This document shows positions 1 through 8,704 of a stretch of 64,000 nucleotides of DNA, in pieces. A program made the translations under genes and the position numbers. Below the pieces are notes generated by a model. That model was not told the origin of the DNA. It saw only the letters and a list, made by a program, of their open reading frames with translations, and made no database searches. The number at the start of each line of letters is the position of its first letter. The first letter of the stretch is position 1. Location of the stretch: positions 452,601 to 516,600 of the forward strand of contig CAVOOB010000002.1 in assembly GCA_963697435.1 (NCBI GenBank). Direction: 5' to 3'. The DNA is from an uncultured Gemmatimonadales bacterium (GTDB lineage Bacteria > Gemmatimonadota > Gemmatimonadetes > Gemmatimonadales > GWC2-71-9).

Positions 1-182
1 CGTTCCTCGATCAGCGCCTGCTGCAGGTAGCGGGCGGGGATGCCGACATCCCGGCCGAGGGCCAGCACCTGGTCCTCGGTCATTGCGTCGCCCAGCTCGT
101 GCTCGCCGGTCTGAAGCTCGGCGGCCCGCTGGATGATCCGGTCGAGGGCGGCGCGGTCGATCCGCGCGGGGAGATCGGCCAT
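1..182 (-). CDS. hypothetical protein, N-terminal part only (gene runs off window start)
   Basis: Own minus-strand translation. ATG at 182-180 lies 6 nt after the SPFH stop and reads MADLPARIDRAALDRIIQRAAELQTGEHELGDAMTEDQVLALGRDVGIPARYLQQALIEE, continuing past position 1. AAGGAA lies upstream. No family recognised. Confidence 0.4.
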   Translation of the reverse strand, partial: MADLPARIDRAALDRIIQRAAELQTGEHELGDAMTEDQVLALGRDVGIPARYLQQALIEE

Positions 183-188
183 CGCTGC

Positions 189-1030
189 CTAGGTCGTTTC
201 CTTCTTGACGCCGGACTCGATCCGTGGGAACCCGGCCAGCACATCGGGCGCCGGCAGCTTCGGCATGGACTCGCCGGCCGCGGCCTTCTGTTCCGCCATC
301 TGGAGAAACGGCTTGATCAGGTCGATCGGGATCGGGAAGATGGTCGTCGAGTTGTTCTCCGCCGCGATCTCACTGACGGTCTGCAGGTAGCGGAGCTGGA
401 GGGCGCTCGGCTCGGTGGCGAGCATCTTCGCCGCCTGGGCCAGCGTTTCCGACGCCTGCAGTTCGCCCTGCGCGGCGATCACCTTGGCACGGCGCTCCCG
501 CTCCGCCTCGGCCTGCCGCGCCATGGCGCGCTTCATTTGCTCCGGCAGGTCCACATCCTTGACCTCGACCGCCGACACGTGGATGCCCCAGGCGTCGGTG
601 CGCTCGTCGATGATCCGCTTGAGGACCGCGTTGATCTTTTCCCGGTCGCTGAGCAGTTCATCGAGCTCCACCTCGCCGAGGACGGCGCGCAGCGTGGTTT
701 GCGCCAGCTGGCTGGTGGCGTAGAGATAGTCCTCGATCTCGATGACGGCGCGCTCCGGGTCGGACACCTTCATGTAGAGCACCGCGTTCACCTTGACCGA
801 GACGTTGTCCCGGGTAATGACGTCCTGCGGCGGGATGTCGAGCGCCATGATGCGCAGGGAGACGCGCTTGATGGAGGTCAGGCCCGCGGGCAGAAAAAGA
901 GCCCCGGTCCCTTGGTGTTCCAGTACTTGCCGAGGAAGAACGCCACGCCTCGTTCGTACTGCTTGAGGACGCGCAGGCTGGCGAACGAATACGCCACGGC
1001 AACGGCGAGGGCAATCAACAGAAACGGCAT
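189..1030 (-). pseudogene. SPFH/band-7 (stomatin-like) protein, frame broken by a 1-nt indel (possible assembly error)
   Basis: Track ORF 189-848 is the C-terminal SPFH part ([27 protein letters not shown]...[11 protein letters not shown]). The N-terminus [46 protein letters not shown] (ATG 1030) is in another frame and stops at 878. The frames join if the A5 run at 894-898 were A6. Confidence 0.8.
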
Positions 1031-1040
1031 GAGTCTCCTC

Positions 1041-2246
1041 CTAGGCCGGGAAGGCTTCCACGATCACGGCAGCGCCCTGGCCACCGCCGATGCAGGCGCT
1101 GCCAAGTCCGTAGCGCTTGCCGAGCTTCCGGAGCGCGTGCAGCAGGTGCAGGGAAATCCGCGTCCCGCTGGCGGCGAGCGGGTGCCCGATGGCGATGGCG
1201 CCGCCGTGGATGTTGGTCCGCGCGCGGTCGAGCCCGAGTTCCTTCTCGACGGCCACGTACTGCGCACTGAACGCCTCGTTCACTTCGACCAGGTCCATCT
1301 GGTCGAGCGTTAGCCCCGCCTTCGCGAGCGCCTTCCGCGCCGCCGGGGCGGGGCCGATGCCCATGTACTTCGGCTCGACGCCGGCGATGCCCCACGACAC
1401 GAGGCGACCGATCGGCTTCAACCCCTTGGCCGCCCCTTCGCTCGCCAGCACCACCGCGGCGGCACCGTCGCAGATGCCGGAGGCGTTGCCGGCCGTGACC
1501 ACGCCGTCCTTCTTGAAGTACGGTGCGAGCCTGGCGAGCCCGTCGGCGGTCGTCTCGGGCCGCATGTGCTCATCGGCGCCCCACGGCTCGTCCTGCTTGG
1601 TCTTCCGGTTGCGGATCGGCACGGGCGCGAGCTCGTCGGCGAAGAACCCGCCGTCCCATCCGGCCTTGGCGCGCTGCTGGCTGGTGAGCGCGTAGGCGTC
1701 CACTTCAGCGCGAGAAATGGTGTACTTGTCCGCGAGGTTCTCGGCGGTTTCCGCCATCGAGAAGCCGCACTGCGGATCCTTCAGCGACTCCCAGAGCAGG
1801 TCCTCGAACGGCGGGGCCGGCCCGAGTCGCAGCCCCCAGCGCGCGCCGCGCACCACGTGCGGTGCCTGGCTCATCGATTCGGCACCGCCGGCCAGCACAA
1901 TGTTCGATTCGCCGAGGAGGATCTGCTGGGCGCCCTGGATGATCGACTCGAAGCCGGAGCCACACAGCCGATTGACGGTGACGGCGGGTGTCTCGATCGG
2001 GAGGCCGGCCCGGAGCGCCACATGGCGCGCCAGGTAGATGGCGTCGGCGCTGGTCTGGAGGGCGTTGCCGAAGACCACGTGGTCCACCGCCGGCGCCTCG
2101 ACCCCGGCCTTGGCCAGGGCGTGCTGAGCGGCATAAACACCGAGGGTAGTGGCAGTTAGGTCCTTCAGCGTGCCGCCGAAACTGCCGAACCCCGTGCGGG
2201 AGCCGGACAGGAAGAGGACCTCGGATTGCTGGCCCTGCGTTTTCAT
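1041..2246 (-). CDS. acetyl-CoA C-acetyltransferase (thiolase II family)
   Basis: 401-aa track ORF with thiolase hallmarks: NRLCGSG (active-site Cys), GGAESMSQAP and the C-terminal GLGSACIGGGQG. Confidence 0.93.
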   Translation of the reverse strand: MKTQGQQSEVLFLSGSRTGFGSFGGTLKDLTATTLGVYAAQHALAKAGVEAPAVDHVVFGNALQTSADAIYLARHVALRAGLPIETPAVTVNRLCGSGFESIIQGAQQILLGESNIVLAGGAESMSQAPHVVRGARWGLRLGPAPPFEDLLWESLKDPQCGFSMAETAENLADKYTISRAEVDAYALTSQQRAKAGWDGGFFADELAPVPIRNRKTKQDEPWGADEHMRPETTADGLARLAPYFKKDGVVTAGNASGICDGAAAVVLASEGAAKGLKPIGRLVSWGIAGVEPKYMGIGPAPAARKALAKAGLTLDQMDLVEVNEAFSAQYVAVEKELGLDRARTNIHGGAIAIGHPLAASGTRISLHLLHALRKLGKRYGLGSACIGGGQGAAVIVEAFPA

Positions 2247-2310
2247 TGCGGTGCCCTTCTGGAAAGAGGGTCGGTCGAGACCCGAAAGATGTCCCGAACC
2301 GACCCCCCGT

Positions 2311-2793
2311 TCAAGGAAGGCGCGCCGGACCCGACCGCTCTGGCGGAGGGGGGTGCCACATGTCGTAGAGGATCTTCCACTGCCCGCCGTCGGTGCGGAC
2401 CCATGCCACCAGGTACCGCCCCGAAGACGTCACCGGTTCCTTTCCCTCCCGCTGGCCGGTGCTGGTCCACCAGCCGAGGTCCACCGCCAGGTCCCCCTCG
2501 ATCTGCAGGTGCTCAATGGTCAGCAGATGCGAGATCTGCCGGAAGCCTTCCGGCCAGCGGAAGAAGTGCGCAATGGCGGCGGGGCCGTGAATGTCCCGGC
2601 TGTTCGGAAGGGCAATGGCCGAGTCGGCGTAGGCCCGCGCCAGGGCGAGCGTGTCGTTCCGGACGTACGCCGCCGAGAAAGCGCGGGCCGCCGCGGCGAT
2701 GGCGGTGCTGTCGGCGGCGTACGTGGTCTGCGCGTCGAGCCTGGACGTTGCCGTGGCGGTGGCCAGCACGGCCACCGCCCAGACAATCTTCAC
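2311..2793 (-). CDS. secreted NTF2-fold protein (SnoaL-like / DUF4440-like)
   Basis: Last 160 aa of track ORF 2311-3078, starting at GTG 2793 (VKIVWAVAVLATATATS signal-like). Ends ..GRYLVAWVRTDGGQWKILYDMW. GTGA overlap with the upstream stop. Confidence 0.6.
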   Translation of the reverse strand: MKIVWAVAVLATATATSRLDAQTTYAADSTAIAAAARAFSAAYVRNDTLALARAYADSAIALPNSRDIHGPAAIAHFFRWPEGFRQISHLLTIEHLQIEGDLAVDLGWWTSTGQREGKEPVTSSGRYLVAWVRTDGGQWKILYDMWHPPPPERSGPARLP

Positions 2794-3032
2794 GCCTTCT
2801 TGACCAGTCGAACGATGAACAGGAGGAGCATGGCACCGACGGTGGCACTGATCAGGGTGCCGATGATGCCGACGGGCAGGATGCCCAGAAGCCCAAAGAC
2901 CCATCCGCCAATCCAGGCGCCGATGACGCCGAGCACGAGATCGCCAAGGAGTCCGAATCCCTTGCCCTTCATGATCTTGCCTGCCAGGAATCCCGCGATG
3001 ATACCGACGATAAGAAAGACGATCATGCCCAT
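2790..3032 (-). CDS. GlsB/YeaQ/YmgE (transglycosylase-associated) small membrane protein
   Basis: 80 aa with three glycine-zipper TM segments (GIIAGFLAGKI, GVIGAWIGGWVFG, GTLISATVGAMLLL). Confidence 0.85.
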   Translation of the reverse strand: MGMIVFLIVGIIAGFLAGKIMKGKGFGLLGDLVLGVIGAWIGGWVFGLLGILPVGIIGTLISATVGAMLLLFIVRLVKKA

Positions 3033-3093
3033 GGAGCCTCCTGAGGGTGGAGAGTATGTGCGACGGTTCGATCCTCACTCCGCTTTGGGATGG

Positions 3094-3669
3094 TCACTGC
3101 TTCAGAACTCGTTCAATGCGCTGGTCAGGGATGAACCAGATGAGGGCGACCACGACAAACGCGGCGCCCGCGATCCAGACCTGGAAGAAGGACGTGACGA
3201 TTCCGACGACGTAAAGGGCAAGCGAGATGTTTCCCTTGCGGTCCTGGCCGACCGCGCGAGCCAGGTCCGAGTCCGGGCCCTCCGCCCGGAGCGTTGCTCG
3301 GAGCAGGATCGAGTAGGCGATCGCAGCCATCAGGAGCACCATGCCGTACAGCGCCACGGGGGCGGGGGCGAAGTGGTTCTCACCCATCCACCCCGTCACG
3401 AACGGCACCAGCGAGAGCCAGAAGAGCAGGTGCAGATTGGCCCAGAGCATCGGGCCGCTCACGCGGTGGACCGCGTGCATCATGTGGTGGTGGTTGTTCC
3501 AGTAGATGCCAAGGTAGACGAAGCTGAGCACGTAGCTCAGGAAGACCGGTGTCAGCGGTTGCAGCGCGGCGAACTCGGCACCGTGCGGCACCTTCATCTC
3601 CAGCACCATGATGGTGATGATGATGGCGAGCACCCCGTCGCTGAACGCCTCCAGTCGCCCAGTCGTCAT
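3094..3669 (-). CDS. TMEM175/DUF1211 family potassium channel
   Basis: 191 aa. N-terminal RLEAFSDGVLAIIITIMVLE signature, six hydrophobic segments. Confidence 0.85.
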   Translation of the reverse strand: MTTGRLEAFSDGVLAIIITIMVLEMKVPHGAEFAALQPLTPVFLSYVLSFVYLGIYWNNHHHMMHAVHRVSGPMLWANLHLLFWLSLVPFVTGWMGENHFAPAPVALYGMVLLMAAIAYSILLRATLRAEGPDSDLARAVGQDRKGNISLALYVVGIVTSFFQVWIAGAAFVVVALIWFIPDQRIERVLKQ

Positions 3670-4103
3670 GACTTCGCCTTGATCGGGCCGCGGGAGGTCA
3701 CGGTGACGCGGACGGCACGGCCGCTCGGGGCGCCGGTGACCCAGAGCTGATACTCACCGGACAGCGTCGCCCGGATTTCCCAGGTGGAGCCCCCGGAAAC
3801 GCCACCCGCCATCAAGCGACCGATATACGGCATCTGCGTGCCGGACTGGCGGGGCCGCAGCTGGATGGTGATCCCGCCGACATCGGTCTCCGCGTGGTAG
3901 AGACATCCCGCCTCGAGGGTAAGGGCCGCCCGCTCGCCGGTCGAGGTGAAGTCGGCGGCGAGCACCGTCGTCCCCGCCGAAATGGGGCAGGCGGCTGCGG
4001 TCCCGGCGGGTTGCGCCGGAGCGGGGGCGGCGGCGGTGTCGCCCTGACCACTTGAGCTGCACGCAGTCAGTACGGCGAGAAGGGCGAGAGAGGCTGTCCG
4101 CAT
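3666..4103 (-). CDS. lipoprotein, unknown function
   Basis: Internal ATG 4103 gives MRTASLALLAVLTACSSSG (lipobox LTAC). Its stop overlaps the TMEM175 start (ATGA). Confidence 0.6.
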   Translation of the reverse strand: MRTASLALLAVLTACSSSGQGDTAAAPAPAQPAGTAAACPISAGTTVLAADFTSTGERAALTLEAGCLYHAETDVGGITIQLRPRQSGTQMPYIGRLMAGGVSGGSTWEIRATLSGEYQLWVTGAPSGRAVRVTVTSRGPIKAKS

Positions 4104-4246
4104 GAGAATCTCCGGGCATGAGTTGGGAATTCGCACATGCAATCTACGCCGCCGAGGCAGATCGGCGAACGCAGGCGCTTGACAGGGCGCGCAATCCAGA
4201 ACATGTTGGTCGCAATAGCAAATCTTCTTGAGAGCGACTCTCATCT

Positions 4247-4357
4247 ATGCAATTGCGACCGATTCTTGCCAGATTCGGGTTGGCTGGCACCCTCTTCTTC
4301 CTGATCAAGGGGCTCATGTGGCTCATCATCCCGGCGCTGATGGTGGCGCTCCGCTGA
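4247..4357 (+). CDS. 36-aa single-TM peptide upstream of heme oxygenase (candidate)
   Basis: Own reading: ATG 4247, TGA 4355-4357, MQLRPILARFGLAGTLFFLIKGLMWLIIPALMVALR. Third codon positions are GC-rich. Ends 20 nt before the next start. Below the track size cut-off. Confidence 0.35.
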   Translation: MQLRPILARFGLAGTLFFLIKGLMWLIIPALMVALR

Positions 4358-4377
4358 ATACCGACACCGCCGGCACC

Positions 4378-5001
4378 ATGCTCACCCTCCGGGAGAGCAC
4401 GGCAAGCCATCACCGCCGAGCCGAACAGCACGACTTTCAGCAGCAGTTCGTGCGCGGCACCCTCCCCAAGGCCCTCTACATTCGGTGGCTCGGTCAGATG
4501 CTCCACATTCACGCCGCGCTGGAGTCCCGACTCGACCGCCTGATCGCCGGGAGCCCGCCACTTGCGAGTGTGTTCGACGATTCGCGGCGGAAGGTCGGGC
4601 CGCTCCAGGAGGATCTGACTTTTTTGGGCGCCGTCCCGGACCAACCGGCGTTGCCCGCGGTCCGCGCCATGGTGGCGTGGATGGACACGCTCGCCGAGAC
4701 CCAGCCGCTCGCGCTGCTCGGCGTCCTGTACGTGCTGGAGGGAAGCACCAACGGGTCGAAGTTCATCGCGCGGAAGGTGCGGCCTGCTTACGAACTGCCC
4801 GGCAGCGGGGAGGGGTCGGCGTACCTCGATCCCTACGGCAACGACCAGCCGGCGCGCTGGCAGGCCTTCAAGGCCGCGATGGACGGGCTCCATCTGCCTG
4901 CCAACGACGTCGACCCCATCGTGACGGCGGCGCAGCACACCTTCGATTCGATTCGGGAACTGGGAGGCGAACTGCTCGCGAGCAGCGCAGCCGCTGCCTG
5001 A
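4378..5001 (+). CDS. heme oxygenase-like protein (biliverdin-producing type)
   Basis: Track ORF 4228-5001 trimmed to ATG 4378 (MLTLRESTASHHRRAEQHDF..). Contains LGVLYVLEGSTNGS, typical of the heme oxygenase fold. Confidence 0.75.
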   Translation: MLTLRESTASHHRRAEQHDFQQQFVRGTLPKALYIRWLGQMLHIHAALESRLDRLIAGSPPLASVFDDSRRKVGPLQEDLTFLGAVPDQPALPAVRAMVAWMDTLAETQPLALLGVLYVLEGSTNGSKFIARKVRPAYELPGSGEGSAYLDPYGNDQPARWQAFKAAMDGLHLPANDVDPIVTAAQHTFDSIRELGGELLASSAAAA

Positions 5002-5016
5002 CTCCTCAACCGGCCG

Positions 5017-5736
5017 CTATCGCTGAATGCCGAAGAAGAAGCTCAGTGAAACGCCCGCCACATTGAGGTGGGCGGGGTCACAGGTCGTGCAGTTCTGCCG
5101 CAGGTAGTAGGTGTCCAGCAGCCATTTGTGTCGATAGGGCCATTGGATCCCCAGTGCGTACCGCTGTTCATTCCAGGAGTCCGCGGCCCAACTGTAGAAG
5201 AACTCCGCCGCCACATAGGGGCTGTACCGGAACGCGTTGTGGTGCAGGTCCACCTCGACCCGTAGCCGGTTCCGGTACCGGCTCGAGTACTCCCCGTCCA
5301 CCCATCGAAACTCAAACCGGTTGCGATCCTCGATGAGGAGCGCGTCGGTGGGGCGATGTCGGCCCGTGGCCTCCGCCTTGATCCGGTTCTCGTACTTCGG
5401 AGAGCCATCGTCCCGGGTGTGCAGGTACTCGTATCCGACGCCAAGGACGTAAGCGTGCTCCTTCGAGGGGTCCACGTTCCGGAAGTGGGGGCGCTTGATC
5501 GGCTTGGCCTGGTAGCTCAGGTCGGTGCCGACGCCCAACTGCTGGTAGGCATTGCCCTGCTCGTTCTTGATCTCCCCATACAGTGTCTGGCTCAACTTGG
5601 ACGGCCACTGATAGCGGGCGGAGATTTTGGGCCAGAACGCGCCGATGGTTGTCGAGTCCTGCCCGAACGCGCGTGGGCCGATCATGATCGAAAGCAGCAC
5701 GACCAGGCAAGCCCCGAACGGAGTCGATCGCGTCAT
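5017..5736 (-). CDS. DUF2490-like outer-membrane protein
   Basis: Internal ATG 5736 (MTRSTPFGACLVVLLSIMIGPRAFGQ signal). Y/W/R-rich alternating strands, ending ..GVSLSFFFGIQR. Confidence 0.7.
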   Translation of the reverse strand: MTRSTPFGACLVVLLSIMIGPRAFGQDSTTIGAFWPKISARYQWPSKLSQTLYGEIKNEQGNAYQQLGVGTDLSYQAKPIKRPHFRNVDPSKEHAYVLGVGYEYLHTRDDGSPKYENRIKAEATGRHRPTDALLIEDRNRFEFRWVDGEYSSRYRNRLRVEVDLHHNAFRYSPYVAAEFFYSWAADSWNEQRYALGIQWPYRHKWLLDTYYLRQNCTTCDPAHLNVAGVSLSFFFGIQR

Positions 5737-5744
5737 GCCGCCGT

Positions 5745-6812
5745 TCAGGCGAGCGCGCTCATCAGCGCCTCGGCCACCTCGGTGGTCGACCCGGATCCAC
5801 CCAGATCCGGCGTGAGCGGCCCGCTCGCCACCACTCGCTCCACCGCCCGTTCCAGCGTCGCCGCTCCGGCCGCACATCCCAGTTGTTCCAGCATCAGCGC
5901 CCCGGTCAGCACGGTGGCCATCGGATTGGCCACACCCTTGCCGACGAGCGGCGGCGCCGATCCGTGTACCGGCTCGTACAGCCCGGCGCGGCCGGGGTGC
6001 AAGTTGGCGCTGGCGGCAATGCCGAGCCCGCCGATCAGGCCCGCGCCGAGATCGGAGAGGATGTCGCCATAGAGGTTGGTGGTGACGATGACCTGGAAGC
6101 GCTCCGGTTCCCGCACCAGCTCGAGCGCCAGCGCGTCGACATATCGGTGTTCGCGCTGAATGCCGGGATGTCGTTCGCCGATTTCCTGGAAGAGCCGCCC
6201 CCAGATTCGCTGGTACGGGATCGCGTTGGACTTGTCGCTCATGGTCACGCGTGTCTTCCCATGGGCCGCCGCCCACTCGAACGCGGCCTCGATGATCCTG
6301 GCGACCCCCTTCCGCGAGTTGATCTCTTCGGAGACCTGCACCTCGTCCGGCGTGCCGACGCTCTCCGAGCGGCCCTTGCCGAGGTACTGGCCTTCGGTGT
6401 TCTCGCGGAAGATCACGAAGTCGATGGCGGTGCTGCCGCCATCGTTGCGGCGGTCGGCGCGCAGTGGCGAGAGCTTGGGATGGAAGAGCCGCGTGGGGCG
6501 GAAGTTGATATAGAGATCGAGCCGGAACCGGAGGCCGAGGAGGATGTCGCGGGCGTGTTCGTTTCCGGGGACGCGCGGGTCACCGAGCGCGCCGACCAGG
6601 ATCCCGTCCACGTCGTCACGCAGGTGTTCGAAGGCTTCATCGGGGAGGGTCTCGCCGGTCCGGAGATAGTGGTCGGCCGAGTAGGGGAGGTGCTCGACGT
6701 CGAGCGTCAATCCCTCGGCGCCTGCCGCCGTCTTGATGATCGGCAACGCGGCGTCGACCACCTCCGGCCCGATACCGTCCCCGGCAATGATCGCCACCTT
6801 CGCTCGCGTCAC
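5745..6812 (-). CDS. isocitrate/isopropylmalate/tartrate dehydrogenase family enzyme
   Basis: Last 355 aa of track ORF 5745-7079, starting at GTG 6812. Motifs AIIAGDGIGPEV, FRENTEGQY and NLYGDILSDLGAGLIGGLG. I cannot separate LeuB from tartrate/D-malate dehydrogenase. Confidence 0.88.
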   Translation of the reverse strand: MTRAKVAIIAGDGIGPEVVDAALPIIKTAAGAEGLTLDVEHLPYSADHYLRTGETLPDEAFEHLRDDVDGILVGALGDPRVPGNEHARDILLGLRFRLDLYINFRPTRLFHPKLSPLRADRRNDGGSTAIDFVIFRENTEGQYLGKGRSESVGTPDEVQVSEEINSRKGVARIIEAAFEWAAAHGKTRVTMSDKSNAIPYQRIWGRLFQEIGERHPGIQREHRYVDALALELVREPERFQVIVTTNLYGDILSDLGAGLIGGLGIAASANLHPGRAGLYEPVHGSAPPLVGKGVANPMATVLTGALMLEQLGCAAGAATLERAVERVVASGPLTPDLGGSGSTTEVAEALMSALA

Positions 6813-7564
6813 GAGACCCCTCCCTGCGCATCCTCGCCACAGCTGACACAATAGCGCCAGCCGACATCCATGTCGGCGCCGCAGACCCGGCAGGCACCGA
6901 CGTCCTGCCCCATGCCGCAGTGCGGGCAGAAGTTGATCAGCATCCTCGGGGGGAGAATGCCGCCGCAAAATGGGCAGCGCACCTGCGCCTTGCCGGCGTC
7001 GGCCGAGTCGGCCAGCGGCTGCGGCCCGGGCTGCCCCGCGGCTCCGGTGCGCAATTCGACCACGGGGTCGGCTTCCCACGTGCCCCCTACTGCGCTCTCC
7101 TCCTCGTCCGCCGTGGCGTGATCGGCACCACTGTGCCGCTCCGACTCGAGCGGCAGCTCCAGCTCCACCTCTGCTTCACTTGGCTGCTCCGCGCCAGGCG
7201 GTGCGTACCGCCGCTCGGGGCGAGACTCCAGCGCGCGCATCAGCGGATCGGTGCGGAGGACGACATTGGTGTCGCCGTACACGCGGAGGCAGGCGAGATC
7301 GGGGAGTGGCTTCTTCAGTTCACCGCGCAGCGCTTCCTGGGCCGCTGGATCGGTCTGAATGAACTCCCCCTCGCCGGCGCAGAGCCTGAGGATGAGTGTC
7401 TCATAGTCCTCCGCACTATCCACGCCGAGCTCTCGCCGCACCACCCGGTAGGGGAGGAGAGAGTCCATCAGCTCGTTGATGGCAATCGGCTGGTGAATCC
7501 TCGCCGGCGCCTGCTCCGAGAGCGTGCGCACGAGAATCCGGAAGAGAGGGTCGAGGGGGGTCAT
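6809..7564 (-). CDS. double zinc-ribbon protein, unknown function
   Basis: ATG 7564 (MTPLDPLFRIL..), acidic linker, then C-terminal CPFCGG..CPHCG..CRVCG..CVSCG. Its stop overlaps the GTG of the dehydrogenase (GTGA). Confidence 0.6.
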   Translation of the reverse strand: MTPLDPLFRILVRTLSEQAPARIHQPIAINELMDSLLPYRVVRRELGVDSAEDYETLILRLCAGEGEFIQTDPAAQEALRGELKKPLPDLACLRVYGDTNVVLRTDPLMRALESRPERRYAPPGAEQPSEAEVELELPLESERHSGADHATADEEESAVGGTWEADPVVELRTGAAGQPGPQPLADSADAGKAQVRCPFCGGILPPRMLINFCPHCGMGQDVGACRVCGADMDVGWRYCVSCGEDAQGGVS

Positions 7565-7671
7565 GGTTTCAATTTCGTCCGCCAAGGCGATTGTCGCTAG
7601 ACGTACGATCTGTGCGATAGGTCGGGGCGGGCATACGCTGGGGTCGGCCGGTGCTGGGGCGGGCCAATGCG

Positions 7672-7691
7672 GGGCGGGCAGACGCCCGCCC
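7672..7691 (-). terminator. GC hairpin downstream of rnhA (candidate terminator)
   Basis: GGGCGGGC agac GCCCGCCC, a perfect 8-bp stem about 125 nt after the rnhA stop. No U-tract. Confidence 0.35.
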
Positions 7692-7817
7692 TTGGGCCAG
7701 CGAATCCGCGACCTGGTGCCGGGCAATCAGCCTATCTTGGCCGAGGAACTCCACGAGGCACGTCGGGGTCGTGCATTCGGTGTTTGGGGGGTGGGAAACC
7801 ACAAATGGCGGATCCGA

Positions 7818-8453
7818 TCATGGAGATTCGTCCGCCCGCAATTCAATCTCGTCCCCCCGAGCCAGCCGGTCGGCAAGGCGGGTGTACGCCGCATCGGCAT
7901 CGTACTCGAGGTACTGGCCCCGGCCGCGCCTGGCGGCCAGCCATGCCTCGAAACGCGATGGGATGGCGCCATCGGAGGTGTGCTGCTCGGTGGCGGCGGC
8001 CACGGCCAGGTCATTGGCGTATTCGTTCTTGGCATGCCCCTGGTGGCCCCGCACCCACGTCCACTGGACTTCGTGCTTGCCCGCGGAAGAGACCAACTGC
8101 TGCCAGAGCGGGAGGTTCTCGATGGGTCCTCCCTTCCGCTTCCATCCGCGGGCTTTCCACGCCGGTACCCACTCGCGCATCCCCTTTACCAGGTATTCCG
8201 AGTCTGACACCAGCAGGACACGCATCCGCTGCCCCTTGCCGGCCAGCAACTGAAGCGCCGCGATGCCGCTGGCCAGCGCCATCCGGTTGTTGGTGGTGTC
8301 GGCGGCGTGGAGGAAGAAGTCCCGGCGCTGTACTCCGTTCCTGGTGGCCGTCTCAATGAGGCCGCCGGCCCCCCCGGGAGTCTTGCCCTCCTGCCCGTTT
8401 CCGAGACAGCTCTCGTCGAGATGCACCACGGCAATCGCGAGTGGCTGCGTCAT
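7818..8453 (-). CDS. rnhA: ribonuclease HI with C-terminal extension
   Basis: ATG 8453. Motifs VHLDESCLGNG, SDSEYLVKGM, WKARGWK and VRGHQGHAKNEYANDLA, followed by an extra tail of about 55 aa. Confidence 0.85.
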   Translation of the reverse strand: MTQPLAIAVVHLDESCLGNGQEGKTPGGAGGLIETATRNGVQRRDFFLHAADTTNNRMALASGIAALQLLAGKGQRMRVLLVSDSEYLVKGMREWVPAWKARGWKRKGGPIENLPLWQQLVSSAGKHEVQWTWVRGHQGHAKNEYANDLAVAAATEQHTSDGAIPSRFEAWLAARRGRGQYLEYDADAAYTRLADRLARGDEIELRADESP

Positions 8454-8674
8454 CCGTCGTTCCTCAGGACCTGGAACCACTCGATGTCCTTGAGCACAAT
8501 CTCCATCGTCTCTCCCGTCATGGGCAGCCGGGCATGGAAGGCTTCACCCCGGGGTCCGGTCGCCACTCGATCGGCGATCACGATGTACTCGGTTCCCCGG
8601 CGCTGCAGGACCACGCGCAGCCCGTTGCGGCAGGCGTGTTCCAGTTGGTCGTACTTTTCGGAATTCCACCGCAC
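8450..8674 (-). CDS. hypothetical 74-aa protein
   Basis: Track ORF. Its GTG start overlaps the selD stop by 1 nt and its stop overlaps the rnhA ATG (ATGA). No family recognised. Confidence 0.45.
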   Translation of the reverse strand: MRWNSEKYDQLEHACRNGLRVVLQRRGTEYIVIADRVATGPRGEAFHARLPMTGETMEIVLKDIEWFQVLRNDG

Positions 8675-8704
8675 TATGGACCCCGGCTTTGGCCGGGGTG
8701 ACGG
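8670..8704 (-). repeat. hairpin element copy 1 (consensus GATCGTCACCCCGGCGAANGCCGGGGTCCANGTT)
   Basis: Minus strand reads CGTCACCCCGGCCAAAGCCGGGGTCCATAGTG. The 7-8 bp stem is CCCCGGC/GCCGGGG. Contains the selD stop codon. Confidence 0.8.

Noticed and set aside
894-898. Programmed ribosomal frameshifting at the SPFH T-run.
   Set aside because: There is no heptameric X XXY YYZ slippery site with a downstream structure. Two other unrelated genes show the same single-nt break, one exactly in a homopolymer and one next to short runs, so a technical cause or simple mutation is more parsimonious.
4216-4256. Inverted TCGCAAT ... ATTGCGA (plus the palindrome GCAATTGC) upstream of heme oxygenase as a Fur box.
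   Set aside because: There is no real match to the GATAATGATAATCATTATC consensus, and the right arm lies inside the candidate 36-aa ORF. Kept only as a note.
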